Counted from the stretch's first letter, positions 51,277 to 60,619 are shown. The stretch: 64,000 nucleotides of DNA from Clostridia bacterium (GCA_050951325.1 JBMNIW010000004.1:105173-169172), one strand, 5' to 3'. Numbers and translations are program-made. The notes: generated by a model not told the origin, from the sequence alone.

Positions 51277-51997
51277 CATATTATGAGCTTTTCTGAAAAT
51301 CGGATATGTGAGCAAGTGTCAAACTATCGAGTTATATTTTTTAGTTTACAATCTTTTTATACGTTAATGTTATGATTATTCACAAGAATTCATAGAAAAT
51401 CTGTCTTAAGTATATTGACATTCATTGGTGTAGTGTGATAAATATATGTGTGAAAAAGTAATTAAATTTATCGAGGAGGTATGGCAGCTATGTACATTTT
51501 TTATTCAAGCAGTGGCGGTTTATCAAATGATCTGAGATGCCTCCGTGTAGATGAAGTGAGGTACAATCTTCTTATCATTTCTTAGGCGCATAAACCGCTG
51601 ATTCGGACGGTTTATGCGTTTTTTTCTTCCGAATATTGCAATAGTTTTATTTTCGTTTTATTTCGATTTATATTTTTGAATAAGGAGGCACACGATGAAA
51701 CATAGGTTATTTTCTCGTTCTATAGCTTTGCTCGTTGTTTTCGGGTTATTGCTGACTGGCTCTATTTTGCCAGTTTCGGCAACTACAATTTCCGAAGTTG
51801 TCGATTCATCGAACAATCTCATTCTTGATGGAGATTTGATCAAAGATGACAACTTTATAATTTCCGATGAAATCATTCTTCGCGCAGATGATCCAAGCAT
51901 TGCGGAAGAAAGTATGATTTTGAAATACGTTGACAGTGCGCAGTTTAATGCAGCACGCCATACTCAACGACTCACAGATTTGGAAGATCTAAATACA
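51277..51997. repeat. 721-bp inverted repeat; partner arm 57446-58166
   Basis: Reverse complement of 57446-58166: 53 bp of the IS1634-b left end, promoter/leader and the first 101 codons of the large cargo gene. Confidence 0.95.
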
Positions 51998-52015
51998 CAG
52001 AACTGTAGGATGTAA
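51695..52015 (+). pseudogene. Truncated inverted duplicate of the 5' end of the 57748 cargo gene
   Basis: First 101 aa identical (MKHRLF...EDLNT), then QNCRM* past the junction. Confidence 0.9.
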
Positions 52016-52033
52016 TGTCAATTTTTAGAGCAT

Positions 52034-52072
52034 AAAAAACGCCAGCTCTGAGTGTAAACTCGGAGCTGGCGT
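52034..52072 (-). terminator. Terminator of the cargo genes
   Basis: ACGCCAGCTC(C)GAG-loop-CTC(A)GAGCTGGCGT followed by a T-run on the minus strand. Confidence 0.85.
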
Positions 52073-52087
52073 CATATTGGTATCCAT

Positions 52088-53506
52088 CTATAAAAGTATT
52101 AACTCTACTGATTGGTCAATAACGATATCTTCTTTGATAATAAAATAAAGCATTGACCTTAAATCCGATTGATCAATATGCTTCAAAATAATTGTTGAAA
52201 TTATGCAACGATCGGCATCGTTTTCGAGTTCCGGGTAGTTTTCCAGATCCTCCGGGGAATAAGTAAGGATCAAATTTTTTACAGCAGAATTGAGTGTTCC
52301 ATTCTTAATTTCAAATTGGATACCGACTGTTTCGCCATTAGCCAGAGAATTCTGTACTTTTTCGATAGCACTGTCAATATACGTTTCAAGCATATTGTCA
52401 GGAATATCCTTTGAAATTCCTGCCCGATAATCATCAATGACAGATAAATATAGCTGCACACGCTGATCTTCGCTCATTCCGGTTTCACAATAAGGAAGCT
52501 TGGTTCGCTGATTGGTATAGTTATGCTGGCAAAACATTTCGACTTCGCCTGTCATGCCCCAGGAATTATTGCTTGCGAGAGAGTCGTATCGTTCTTGTGT
52601 GCTGAATGCGAAATAATCCATATTGTCGTGGGCAAGGTGTGGTGCCTGCCAACAAGCATCAAAGTGATACCACTGTCCTCCTATGCAAATCATCGACCAT
52701 GCGTGGTCTGCTCCTTCGAATCCGTCTTTTCCCAAAGAGCGGGCCAAGATTGTTTCGAATCCGATCTGGTTTGCAAGCATATTCAGATAGCTGGCATATT
52801 CTACACATTCGCCCATTTTATAGATGATGCAGTTATACAAATCGGGGTGAACACCGTAAGTCTGGTAGGGGGAGCCATAAATCATGTGCTCTGAAACATA
52901 CAAATACAGCTTTGCAATGCGCGACCAATCACTGTCGTCTTCCTGAATCAGCGATAGTGCTTCATTCATGATTTTTTCAAAGGAACGATAATTTTCTTCG
53001 CAAATTACTTCGTTTGCTTTGAATTTTAGTATTAAAGTACTGTTTTCGTATAAAAATGGTTCGCTGGAATCAGCGTAGGTTTGAATCAGGCTTCTTACCG
53101 GAACAAATTCAGAAAGTAAAAAACGCCAAAGCTTCCATGCTTCATCTTCCGATGCAAGGCCTTCCACAACGCCGTTGTAAGACAAAATGGAATCTATCAT
53201 TTTACAATAGAGCGAATATTCTCGCTCCGTATAATACGACTGCGCATCGGCAGATATCATATACGGATCATATTGGAACAACGGCTCCGAATCGGCTGGG
53301 GGCGGATCAGGGATCGTTGGCGTTGTGGGCAGAGAAGTTTCCTGCGTTGGTTCGCTGCCTTGAGATTCATAGCCGGAAGAAGGGCAACTGCTCATTTGCG
53401 AGGGGACAGAAGTGTTTGGGGTATTGTCGATTTGTGCGCTATTACACCCCGTTACAGATGCCAAAATCAATATAAGGGACAGTATTATTGTCAAGATTCT
53501 TTTCAT
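52088..53506 (-). CDS. Transglutaminase-like domain lipoprotein
   Basis: Lipobox VTGC, Ser/Pro/Thr linker, catalytic triad motifs GECVEYA, HAW and WYHFDACW. Confidence 0.85.
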   Translation of the reverse strand: MKRILTIILSLILILASVTGCNSAQIDNTPNTSVPSQMSSCPSSGYESQGSEPTQETSLPTTPTIPDPPPADSEPLFQYDPYMISADAQSYYTEREYSLYCKMIDSILSYNGVVEGLASEDEAWKLWRFLLSEFVPVRSLIQTYADSSEPFLYENSTLILKFKANEVICEENYRSFEKIMNEALSLIQEDDSDWSRIAKLYLYVSEHMIYGSPYQTYGVHPDLYNCIIYKMGECVEYASYLNMLANQIGFETILARSLGKDGFEGADHAWSMICIGGQWYHFDACWQAPHLAHDNMDYFAFSTQERYDSLASNNSWGMTGEVEMFCQHNYTNQRTKLPYCETGMSEDQRVQLYLSVIDDYRAGISKDIPDNMLETYIDSAIEKVQNSLANGETVGIQFEIKNGTLNSAVKNLILTYSPEDLENYPELENDADRCIISTIILKHIDQSDLRSMLYFIIKEDIVIDQSVELILL

Positions 53507-53876
53507 AACTATACCTCTCAAGATATCCAAATTAAAATACATTTCTTATACGCTCTATTGTGTACTCATGTTTTATCATTTGCTGCTCGATCTATATTAC
53601 GCTTTATAATCAGTTCCTTTGCAGCTAACGATAATATTTGGGGCGTATCCTGCAGGGGTAATAACAATATCAGAGTAATATTCACGCTCATTTTCTCGAA
53701 GTGCCGAAGACAACTCATTACTGGATTTGCTAATTTTCAAGCAGTTAAATAATTAATCCTGTCTAATCCTTTGGGTTCAATTCAAAAAATATATCCGTTT
53801 TTTAGTTGATATTTTTGATATTCACAAAAAAATATGCCAAGGCTTCTCTTTTGGAACAAAGACACTTGACAGACTA

Positions 53877-53911
53877 TACAGTCTCACGCAACATTGTTGC
53901 GTGAGACTGTA
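53877..53911. repeat. 35-bp palindrome (17-bp arms, 1-nt centre)
   Basis: TACAGTCTCACGCAACA-T-TGTTGCGTGAGACTGTA. Confidence 0.9.
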
Positions 53912-53979
53912 ATTAGCGACACAGAAGTTTTGCTACCATAGTCTATGTGTCTGAATTTTTACAGCTAAATCGCTTTGGG

Positions 53980-54480
53980 TTAATTTTTAGTAACATGATA
54001 CCACCCACCTTGAATTGATTTCACTTTCACTTTTGAATTTTCGCTTGGGGAATTCACCCACGATGGCTTTTGGTCGGGAGAATATACAAGAGCATATTCT
54101 CCGTTAGAAATACAAAATGAAATCCGATTCTCATGAATCCTAATGGTATCAAAAATCGAATCCTTGTCAGGAAATGCATTGTTGCGTATTGAAGTAAGAG
54201 ATGATACGACATCACTTGGTAAGATTAAATAACTTTTAGTTTCCGGATCAAATAATGTAACTTCTCCATTCCCATCATTTGAAACAGATAGCCACTTGTC
54301 AGATTTGTCAGGAAATGCTTCGGTAATATAATTTTTAACCAAATCAAAGTCATTTGCAAACTTTTCATAATCAGCAGAGTATTTCCAAAAATGATTATAA
54401 CTGACTATCATCAATTCAATACCGAAGATCGCAATAACGCCTATCATCAGCGTTGTTAAAATCCAGATTATTTTTTTCAT
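53980..54480 (-). CDS. Membrane-anchored hypothetical protein (candidate immunity/partner protein)
   Basis: N-terminal TM; AAGGGG SD; lies about 50 bp downstream of the DUF3289-like gene. Confidence 0.7.
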   Translation of the reverse strand: MKKIIWILTTLMIGVIAIFGIELMIVSYNHFWKYSADYEKFANDFDLVKNYITEAFPDKSDKWLSVSNDGNGEVTLFDPETKSYLILPSDVVSSLTSIRNNAFPDKDSIFDTIRIHENRISFCISNGEYALVYSPDQKPSWVNSPSENSKVKVKSIQGGWYHVTKN

Positions 54481-54530
54481 AGAAATATTGGCCCCTTTCC
54501 ATATTTGAATTTGTGCATATTTGTAAACAC

Positions 54531-57500
54531 TTATGAAATTGTTCCGGATACCCTGACATCAAATTCAATCATAGTTAGAAAAGGTTTATATGCTGAGTCA
54601 TATGCTGCATAATGTTGTAACACATACCACGAGCGAAACCAGCCAATGGACCGTATTTTTCCACATCTGCTTGATCTAAACCAAAATGGTCATATAAGGT
54701 GTAGTGTAGCGTGTATGAATAACTGTTTCCACTAATGTTGTACGAAGTTACTTCAATTTTGTTGCCCCACAAACCATCTATGCATATAGTCAATCCGTTG
54801 ATTTTATCAGATGCAGTATTGTAAACCGGTTGATATACATTATTAGCTTTTAGTGCTATAATTAAAGGATTTGATTCTCTATTGTTGGCGGTATATGCAA
54901 ATTCTGAGATATCTCCATTATATGTGTTAAGCAACGTTTCAAGCTGTTCCTCAACATTTTTAATGTATTCCTGAGTAGAGTTATGTTCATAAGCTTTCTG
55001 TGTCAAAACACTATTACTATACGTTGAGCCAGTTCCATCCATAAAATGGTCAATCATATCAAGAACAACCGTTTGAAGTTCCCCCGTAGAGAAAAGCGAA
55101 GTACACATATATTCCCAATCAGCTCTGTGAAGCGCAGGTGTATAGCCGGTGAAATCAATCCAGCTGACCCAGTCTAATGCACCAAGCTCGTCTTTCGTCA
55201 TATCACCGCACGTTAAATCTTCTGCATAATTACCATTTGCATCATGATAGTATGTGTTTTCAGTTTGATATATTAGCAAAGCAGAAACATTTACCGTATA
55301 ACTAACATAGTGATATGCGCTGTTTCTGTACACACGACCAGTAATGGTTGCTTTACCAGTGGAAACACCTGTAACGGCACCGTTAGAATCAACTGTAGCA
55401 ACGGTGGTATTACTGGAACTCCAAGTAAAGTTCTGACTAAGATTTGTTCCAGAGTAAGCAACAGCACTCAACTGTAGAGTCGAAAGACTTTTGGTTGTTC
55501 CGACATCAACAGCTCTTGTGGCGGTAGTGACAATTGCTTCTTTCGATGTGTCATATAAATATGCTCCGGCGGGAGGCGAGGAAACCTTAGTCAATCCCCA
55601 ACGACAATTCGTACTGGTCGAATATGTAGAGGCTATAACGGTTGCTCCAGACGAAGTAGATGCATTTTCAATTTGCATTGTCTTGCTATCGCTGCCATTA
55701 TTCTTGAATACATATCCTGTAGAATACCAACTAATTGTCCATTCACCATAAGACGGCACACTGGATAATGTATCGGATGTACCGATGTTGTAGATATCTA
55801 CATTGCTCCCAGTAACATCCAAACCCTTGTCTAATTTGTTCAAAGGCCTAATGCTATAGCGACCGTTCCCTAAATAATATGTTTTCCACATCTGACGAAT
55901 TCTATAATTGTTGCTTGTGGAATCAGAATATTTTGAGAATTGATATACATCAGTGAAATTTGCAATTCCACCATATTTTACATGCAAATAGTAATTCGAA
56001 TTCAGATTTTTAATATGGTAAACTCCATTAGCAATATATACATATACCGTACATGTGGCCGTGCGTGTTATGCCATCGGCGTCAACCATGCTGGCTGTGA
56101 TGGTAACGGTTCCTGCTTTTTTGGCAGTTACAACACCGGAAGAACTAACTGTTGCAATGCTACTGTTGCTTGTAGTCCATGTTACAGTCTGTCCACTCGG
56201 TTTTGTGGTTGCTACAAGAGTCCTTGTTCCTCCTTCTACAATCGAAGCACTTGTATAATTCAAAGAGATTGCCGTATCATATGTCATAACGACATATGGA
56301 CGGGAAGAGGAAGTGGAATACTCAGAAGAACAGAAGCATTTGTCATTTGCCTCATTTTCATTTGTCATAATGAAGCCGGCATTCGCTGAATATGTTCCGT
56401 TTTTCCATGCCTTAACCAAATTGGTTATGTCAAACGCCGTCCATTGACCGTTGTACATCGTATTTCCATAGTTAACCGATGTAGTATGAGAGCCAATATT
56501 ATTCCATGTTACTGATGTTTCTGTCCAAGTCGTATTGCTTGTAAGCGGATATAGGTTTATGTAATGAGTTGTTCCACCAGACGCTTCTTTGGCATAGAAT
56601 GTTACGTTTGTAATTTGATTTGCAGTAATGGTTTGATATTCATTCGAACTTGTCAAACCGCTGAGTTTTACTACGGTTCTTCCGATTCCGTATGCTTCGG
56701 AAGGTGTTCCGACACGATTGTATACGTATGTGCCGAAATTTCTGTCGGGATAGCCTTCAAAAATCGGAGAATCAATAATCGAGCCACTTGTATCTCTGTC
56801 AGAAACGGTAATTGAAGGATCCACGGTAACAGGGTACACAGTAGTAGGATCAGAGAGAAATTCATCATTGGCAATAACAGTCAACAAGTATTCTTGCCCC
56901 TCTGATATTGTCTCAACCGTCATAGTTCCTATGTCCGGCTTGCCAACGGCATCGTAAATAAGAATTTCACCGAGATAGAATACCGGATCAGCTTTAACGC
57001 TGTCAGCCAAATAATAACCGTTGTCACCGTTATAAAGAGTCAGCCCATCAGTTTCCAACACAAAGGTATAGGTTGCATCATCTGTGTATTCAGTTAAAAC
57101 AATGTCCTCTTTTACGCCCGAAAGCATCGGCGTATACACCAGTTTAGTGTTCTCACCGTATGCTTCATCGTATACGACTGAATTATCAGACTGAACTGCG
57201 GATGCAGCGGTTGCCAATCCTTGCGGAGTCAGTTTGATAGCAAAACTGGAATACTCAAAATCGATGCCGTGTACAGGATTGGTAGGAATAAGCAACTCTA
57301 TATTGCTTTGAGTAATTCCGAAGCCGCCAGCCTTGTTTATCAGAGAAATATCCTTTTCTTTGATAACTCCGTTCTTGTCTATGTATTTCACATTTTCATG
57401 CATCATATAGACAGAACGAGTTCCATCGGCGTTAGCAAATACATATGTATTTAGATCTTCCAAATCTGTGAGTCGTTGAGTATGGCGTGCTGCATTAAAC

Positions 57501-57748
57501 TGCGCACTGTCAACGTATTTCAAAATCATACTTTCTTCCGCAATGCTTGGATCATCTGCGCGAAGAATGATTTCATCGGAAATTATAAAGTTGTCATCTT
57601 TGATCAAATCTCCATCAAGAATGAGATTGTTCGATGAATCGACAACTTCGGAAATTGTAGTTGCCGAAACTGGCAAAATAGAGCCAGTCAGCAATAACCC
57701 GAAAACAACGAGCAAAGCTATAGAACGAGAAAATAACCTATGTTTCAT
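54531..57748 (-). CDS. Secreted multidomain protein: DNRLRE-like, Big_2 Ig, ricin-type lectin, Ig and C-terminal DUF3289-like domain (1-bp frameshift near the end)
   Basis: Signal peptide; GVKEDIVL...YPVTVDPS; FDITNLVKAW; VTWTTSNSSIATVSSSGVVTAKKAG; YHIKNLNS...QMW; YDHFGLD. Shifting frame at ~54636 gives GF-RSWYVLQHYAAYDSAYKPFLTMIEFDVRVSGTIS* ending at 54531. Confidence 0.8.
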
Positions 57749-57817
57749 CGTGTGCCTCCTTATTCAAAAATATAAATCGAAATAAAACGAAAATAAAACT
57801 ATTGCAATATTCGGAAG

Positions 57818-57856
57818 AAAAAAACGCATAAACCGTCCGAATCAGCGGTTTATGCG
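57818..57856 (-). terminator. Intrinsic terminator in the leader of the cargo gene (copy at 51587-51625 +)
   Basis: CGCATAAACCG-N10-CGGTTTATGCG-T7. Confidence 0.8.
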
Positions 57857-57857
57857 C

Positions 57858-57953
57858 CTAAGAAATGATAAGAAGATTGTACCTCACTTCATCTACACGG
57901 AGGCATCTCAGATCATTTGATAAACCGCCACTGCTTGAATAAAAAATGTACAT
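57858..57953 (-). CDS. Putative 31-aa leader peptide (copy at 51490-51585 +)
   Basis: GAGGAGGT SD 9 nt before ATG; MYIFYSSSGGLSNDLRCLRVDEVRYNLLIIS*; stop abuts the terminator. Confidence 0.5.
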   Translation of the reverse strand: MYIFYSSSGGLSNDLRCLRVDEVRYNLLIIS

Positions 57954-58113
57954 AGCTGCCATACCTCCTCGATAAATTTAATTACTTTTTCACACATATA
58001 TTTATCACACTACACCAATGAATGTCAATATACTTAAGACAGATTTTCTATGAATTCTTGTGAATAATCATAACATTAACGTATAAAAAGATTGTAAACT
58101 AAAAAATATAACT

Positions 58114-60083
58114 CGATAGTTTGACACTTGCTCACATATCCGATTTTCAGAAAAGCTCATAATATGAGCTTTTTTTATATATTTTTTGTCAAATTTCCCT
58201 AGTTAGCTATTGCGTAATGTCTCGTAATGTGATATAATATCAGGTATTGGAGGTGTCATTATGGCTATTAGAGTATCAATATCTAAATCAAAAAATGCCA
58301 AGTCATACTATCTGATAGAAGATGTTGTGAAAAATGGAAAGAGAACAACGCAGATAAGAGAAAAACTTGGCACTCATGAGGAACTGCTTAAAGAACTTAA
58401 CGGACAAGATCCGTATGAATGGGCTAAGAAATACGCCGAGGAACTAAATAGAAAAGAAAAAGAAAACAAACAGGAAAAGAATATTATCGTTAAGTATTCC
58501 CCCACCAAGCAAATTATGAAGAATAAACAGAATACATTTAATGGCGGTTACCTGTTCTTGCAGAAAATCTATTATGAACTGGGTTTGCATAAGATTTGCG
58601 ATGAAATATCTGAAAAATACAAGTTTGAATATGACTTGAACTCAATACTCTCGAGACTACTATACAGTAGAATAATATACCCTTCCTCAAAACTATCTAC
58701 GTATAAATTATCAAAAAGATTTTTTGAGCAGCCCAATTTTGACTTGCATCATATATACCGGGCCTTAAGTGTTTTGGCGGAAGAAAATGATTTCATACAA
58801 GCCACAATCTATGAGAACAGTAAAAAAATATGCAATAGAAATACCAAAATACTATACTACGACTGTACAAACTATTATTTTGAAATTGATTACGAGGAAG
58901 ATGACAAGAGGTATGGTTATGGGAAGGATCATAAGCCAAATCCCATAGTGCAAATGGGACTGTTCATGGACGGAAGCGGCATCCCTCTTGCTTTTAGCAT
59001 CAATAGAGGTAATGCCAATGAACAAACAACAATGGTACCACTGGAAGAAAAGATACTATCTGACTTTAATCTGGCAAAATTTATTGTTTGTACAGATGCC
59101 GGATTGTCATCAACAGCAAACCGGAAATTCAACGACAAAGGCGACAGGGCTTTTATCACAACCCAGTCTGTAAAAAAACTAAAAGAACACTTGAAAAACT
59201 GGGCCTTGAAACCGACGGGATGGAGTTTGCCAAATGACAGTACAGAATATGACATCAGCAAACTTGATGAAGAAGAATACAAGGACAAGGTCTTTTACAA
59301 AGATCGTTGGATTAAGGAAGACGGTTTGGAACAGAAGCTAATAGTGACATTTTCATTCAAGTACAGAAAATATCAACAGCAAAAGCGCCAAGTTCATGTC
59401 GAAAAGGCATTAAGCTTGCTTGAAACAGAACCGCAAAAATCAAACAAGAAGCGAAACAGCGACTACAAACGTTTTATCAAAAGCGTTAATTGCACAGAAA
59501 GTGGAGAGATAGCCGATAATGAAGTTTATTATATTGACGAAGAACTTATTGCCAACGAGCAGAAATATGATGGGTTCTATGCGGTATGCACAAACCTTGA
59601 TGATGATGCTTCAGAAATTGCAAAAATCAACCATAGACGCTGGGAAATAGAAGAATGTTTTAGAATAATGAAAAGTGAGTTCAAAGCCAGACCTGTTCAT
59701 TTGAAAGACAAGGATAGGATACTTGCACATTTTGCTACATGTTTTATGGCATTAATTCTGTATAGAATACTCGAGAAAAGACTTGAAGAAAAATATACAT
59801 GCTGTGAAATTATTCAGTGTTTGAGAGATATGAATTTTACAGACGAAAATGGGTACGGATACAAACCTTGTTATACAAGAACCGACTTGACTGATGATTT
59901 GCATAACGTTTTCGGATTCAGGACTGACTATGAAATAATTACAGAGAAAGAGATAAAAAAAATATTCAAGCTCACTAAAAAGTAAAAACATTACGCATTT
60001 TTATTGACACATTAAGAAGTCTACAAACCCACTAAATACAAGGGTTTGTAGACTTTTATCTTTCTACAAGTGTCAAAGATGAG
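58114..60083 (+). mobile_element. IS1634-family element (IS1634-b)
   Basis: Imperfect TIRs CGATAGTTTGACACTTG / CAAGTGTCAAAGATGAG; promoter TTGCGT-N17-TATAAT at 58210-58238. Confidence 0.93.
58261..59985 (+). CDS. IS1634-family DDE transposase (intact)
   Basis: YYDCTNYYFE, CTDAG, DGFYAVCTN, HRRWEIEECFR and AHFATCF motifs. Confidence 0.95.
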   Translation: MAIRVSISKSKNAKSYYLIEDVVKNGKRTTQIREKLGTHEELLKELNGQDPYEWAKKYAEELNRKEKENKQEKNIIVKYSPTKQIMKNKQNTFNGGYLFLQKIYYELGLHKICDEISEKYKFEYDLNSILSRLLYSRIIYPSSKLSTYKLSKRFFEQPNFDLHHIYRALSVLAEENDFIQATIYENSKKICNRNTKILYYDCTNYYFEIDYEEDDKRYGYGKDHKPNPIVQMGLFMDGSGIPLAFSINRGNANEQTTMVPLEEKILSDFNLAKFIVCTDAGLSSTANRKFNDKGDRAFITTQSVKKLKEHLKNWALKPTGWSLPNDSTEYDISKLDEEEYKDKVFYKDRWIKEDGLEQKLIVTFSFKYRKYQQQKRQVHVEKALSLLETEPQKSNKKRNSDYKRFIKSVNCTESGEIADNEVYYIDEELIANEQKYDGFYAVCTNLDDDASEIAKINHRRWEIEECFRIMKSEFKARPVHLKDKDRILAHFATCFMALILYRILEKRLEEKYTCCEIIQCLRDMNFTDENGYGYKPCYTRTDLTDDLHNVFGFRTDYEIITEKEIKKIFKLTKK

Positions 60084-60122
60084 ATCACAATTAAAAAAAA
60101 TATACAACATAAATTTTTCTAT

Positions 60123-60148
60123 AAAAAAAAGAGGTGGATTTCCACCTC
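60123..60148 (-). terminator. rplL terminator (duplicated at 47242-47267 and 49484-49509)
   Basis: GAGGTGGA/TCCACCTC stem followed by T8 on the minus strand. Confidence 0.85.
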
Positions 60149-60170
60149 AATTTTTGTTACATCAAAATAA

Positions 60171-60557
60171 TTACTTGACTTCTACTTCAGCTCCAGCTTC
60201 CTTAAGCTTCTCTGCAATTGAATCAGCTTCTTCCTTGGAAACATTCTCTTTGATTTCCTTTGGAGCACCATCAACGATAGCCTTAGCTTCCATCAATGCA
60301 ACGCCAGTAACTTCCCTAACTGCCTTGATAACATTCATCTTGTTAGGACCAACGTTTTTCAGAACTACTGTAAACTCAGTCTGCTCAGCTTCTGCAGGAG
60401 CGTCAGCACCTGCTGCAGCTGCTGGTGCCGCAACTGCTACTGGAGCTGCTGCTGATACACCAAACTCTTCCTCTAATGCCTTTACGAGCTCTGCAAGCTC
60501 AAGTACTGTCAATGCCTTTACATCTTCAATCAATTTTGTAACTTTCTCACTAGCCAT
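60171..60557 (-). CDS. rplL: 50S ribosomal protein L7/L12
   Basis: [23 protein letters not shown]; EQTEFTV. Confidence 0.99.
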   Translation of the reverse strand: MASEKVTKLIEDVKALTVLELAELVKALEEEFGVSAAAPVAVAAPAAAAGADAPAEAEQTEFTVVLKNVGPNKMNVIKAVREVTGVALMEAKAIVDGAPKEIKENVSKEEADSIAEKLKEAGAEVEVK

Positions 60558-60619
60558 TTTTATATTCCTCCAATTTTATTTTTTAGTTTAATAATGTAAG
60601 TTTTTAATTTTTATTTTTC

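Larger units (their letters stand above)
47272..60083 (+). mobile_element. IS1634-b-bounded composite island with nested IS4 and IS1634-a
   Basis: Begins with the IS1634-b left TIR CGATAGTTTGACACTTG and ends with its right TIR CAAGTGTCAAAGATGAG; flanked by a 69-bp direct repeat; interrupts the rplL-rpoB interval. Confidence 0.85.

Noticed and set aside
53596-53750. Open minus-strand frame ending EREYYSDIVITPAGYAPNIIVSCKGTDYKA*
   Set aside because: No convincing start, SD or family match; may be a gene remnant.
47272-58160. Four copies of CGATAGTTTGACACTTG... as a possible CRISPR array or iteron set
   Set aside because: Irregular spacing and orientation, no cas genes; fully explained as IS1634-b left ends.
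60070-60591. 173-aa + strand ORF starting in the IS right end
   Set aside because: Antisense shadow of rplL.
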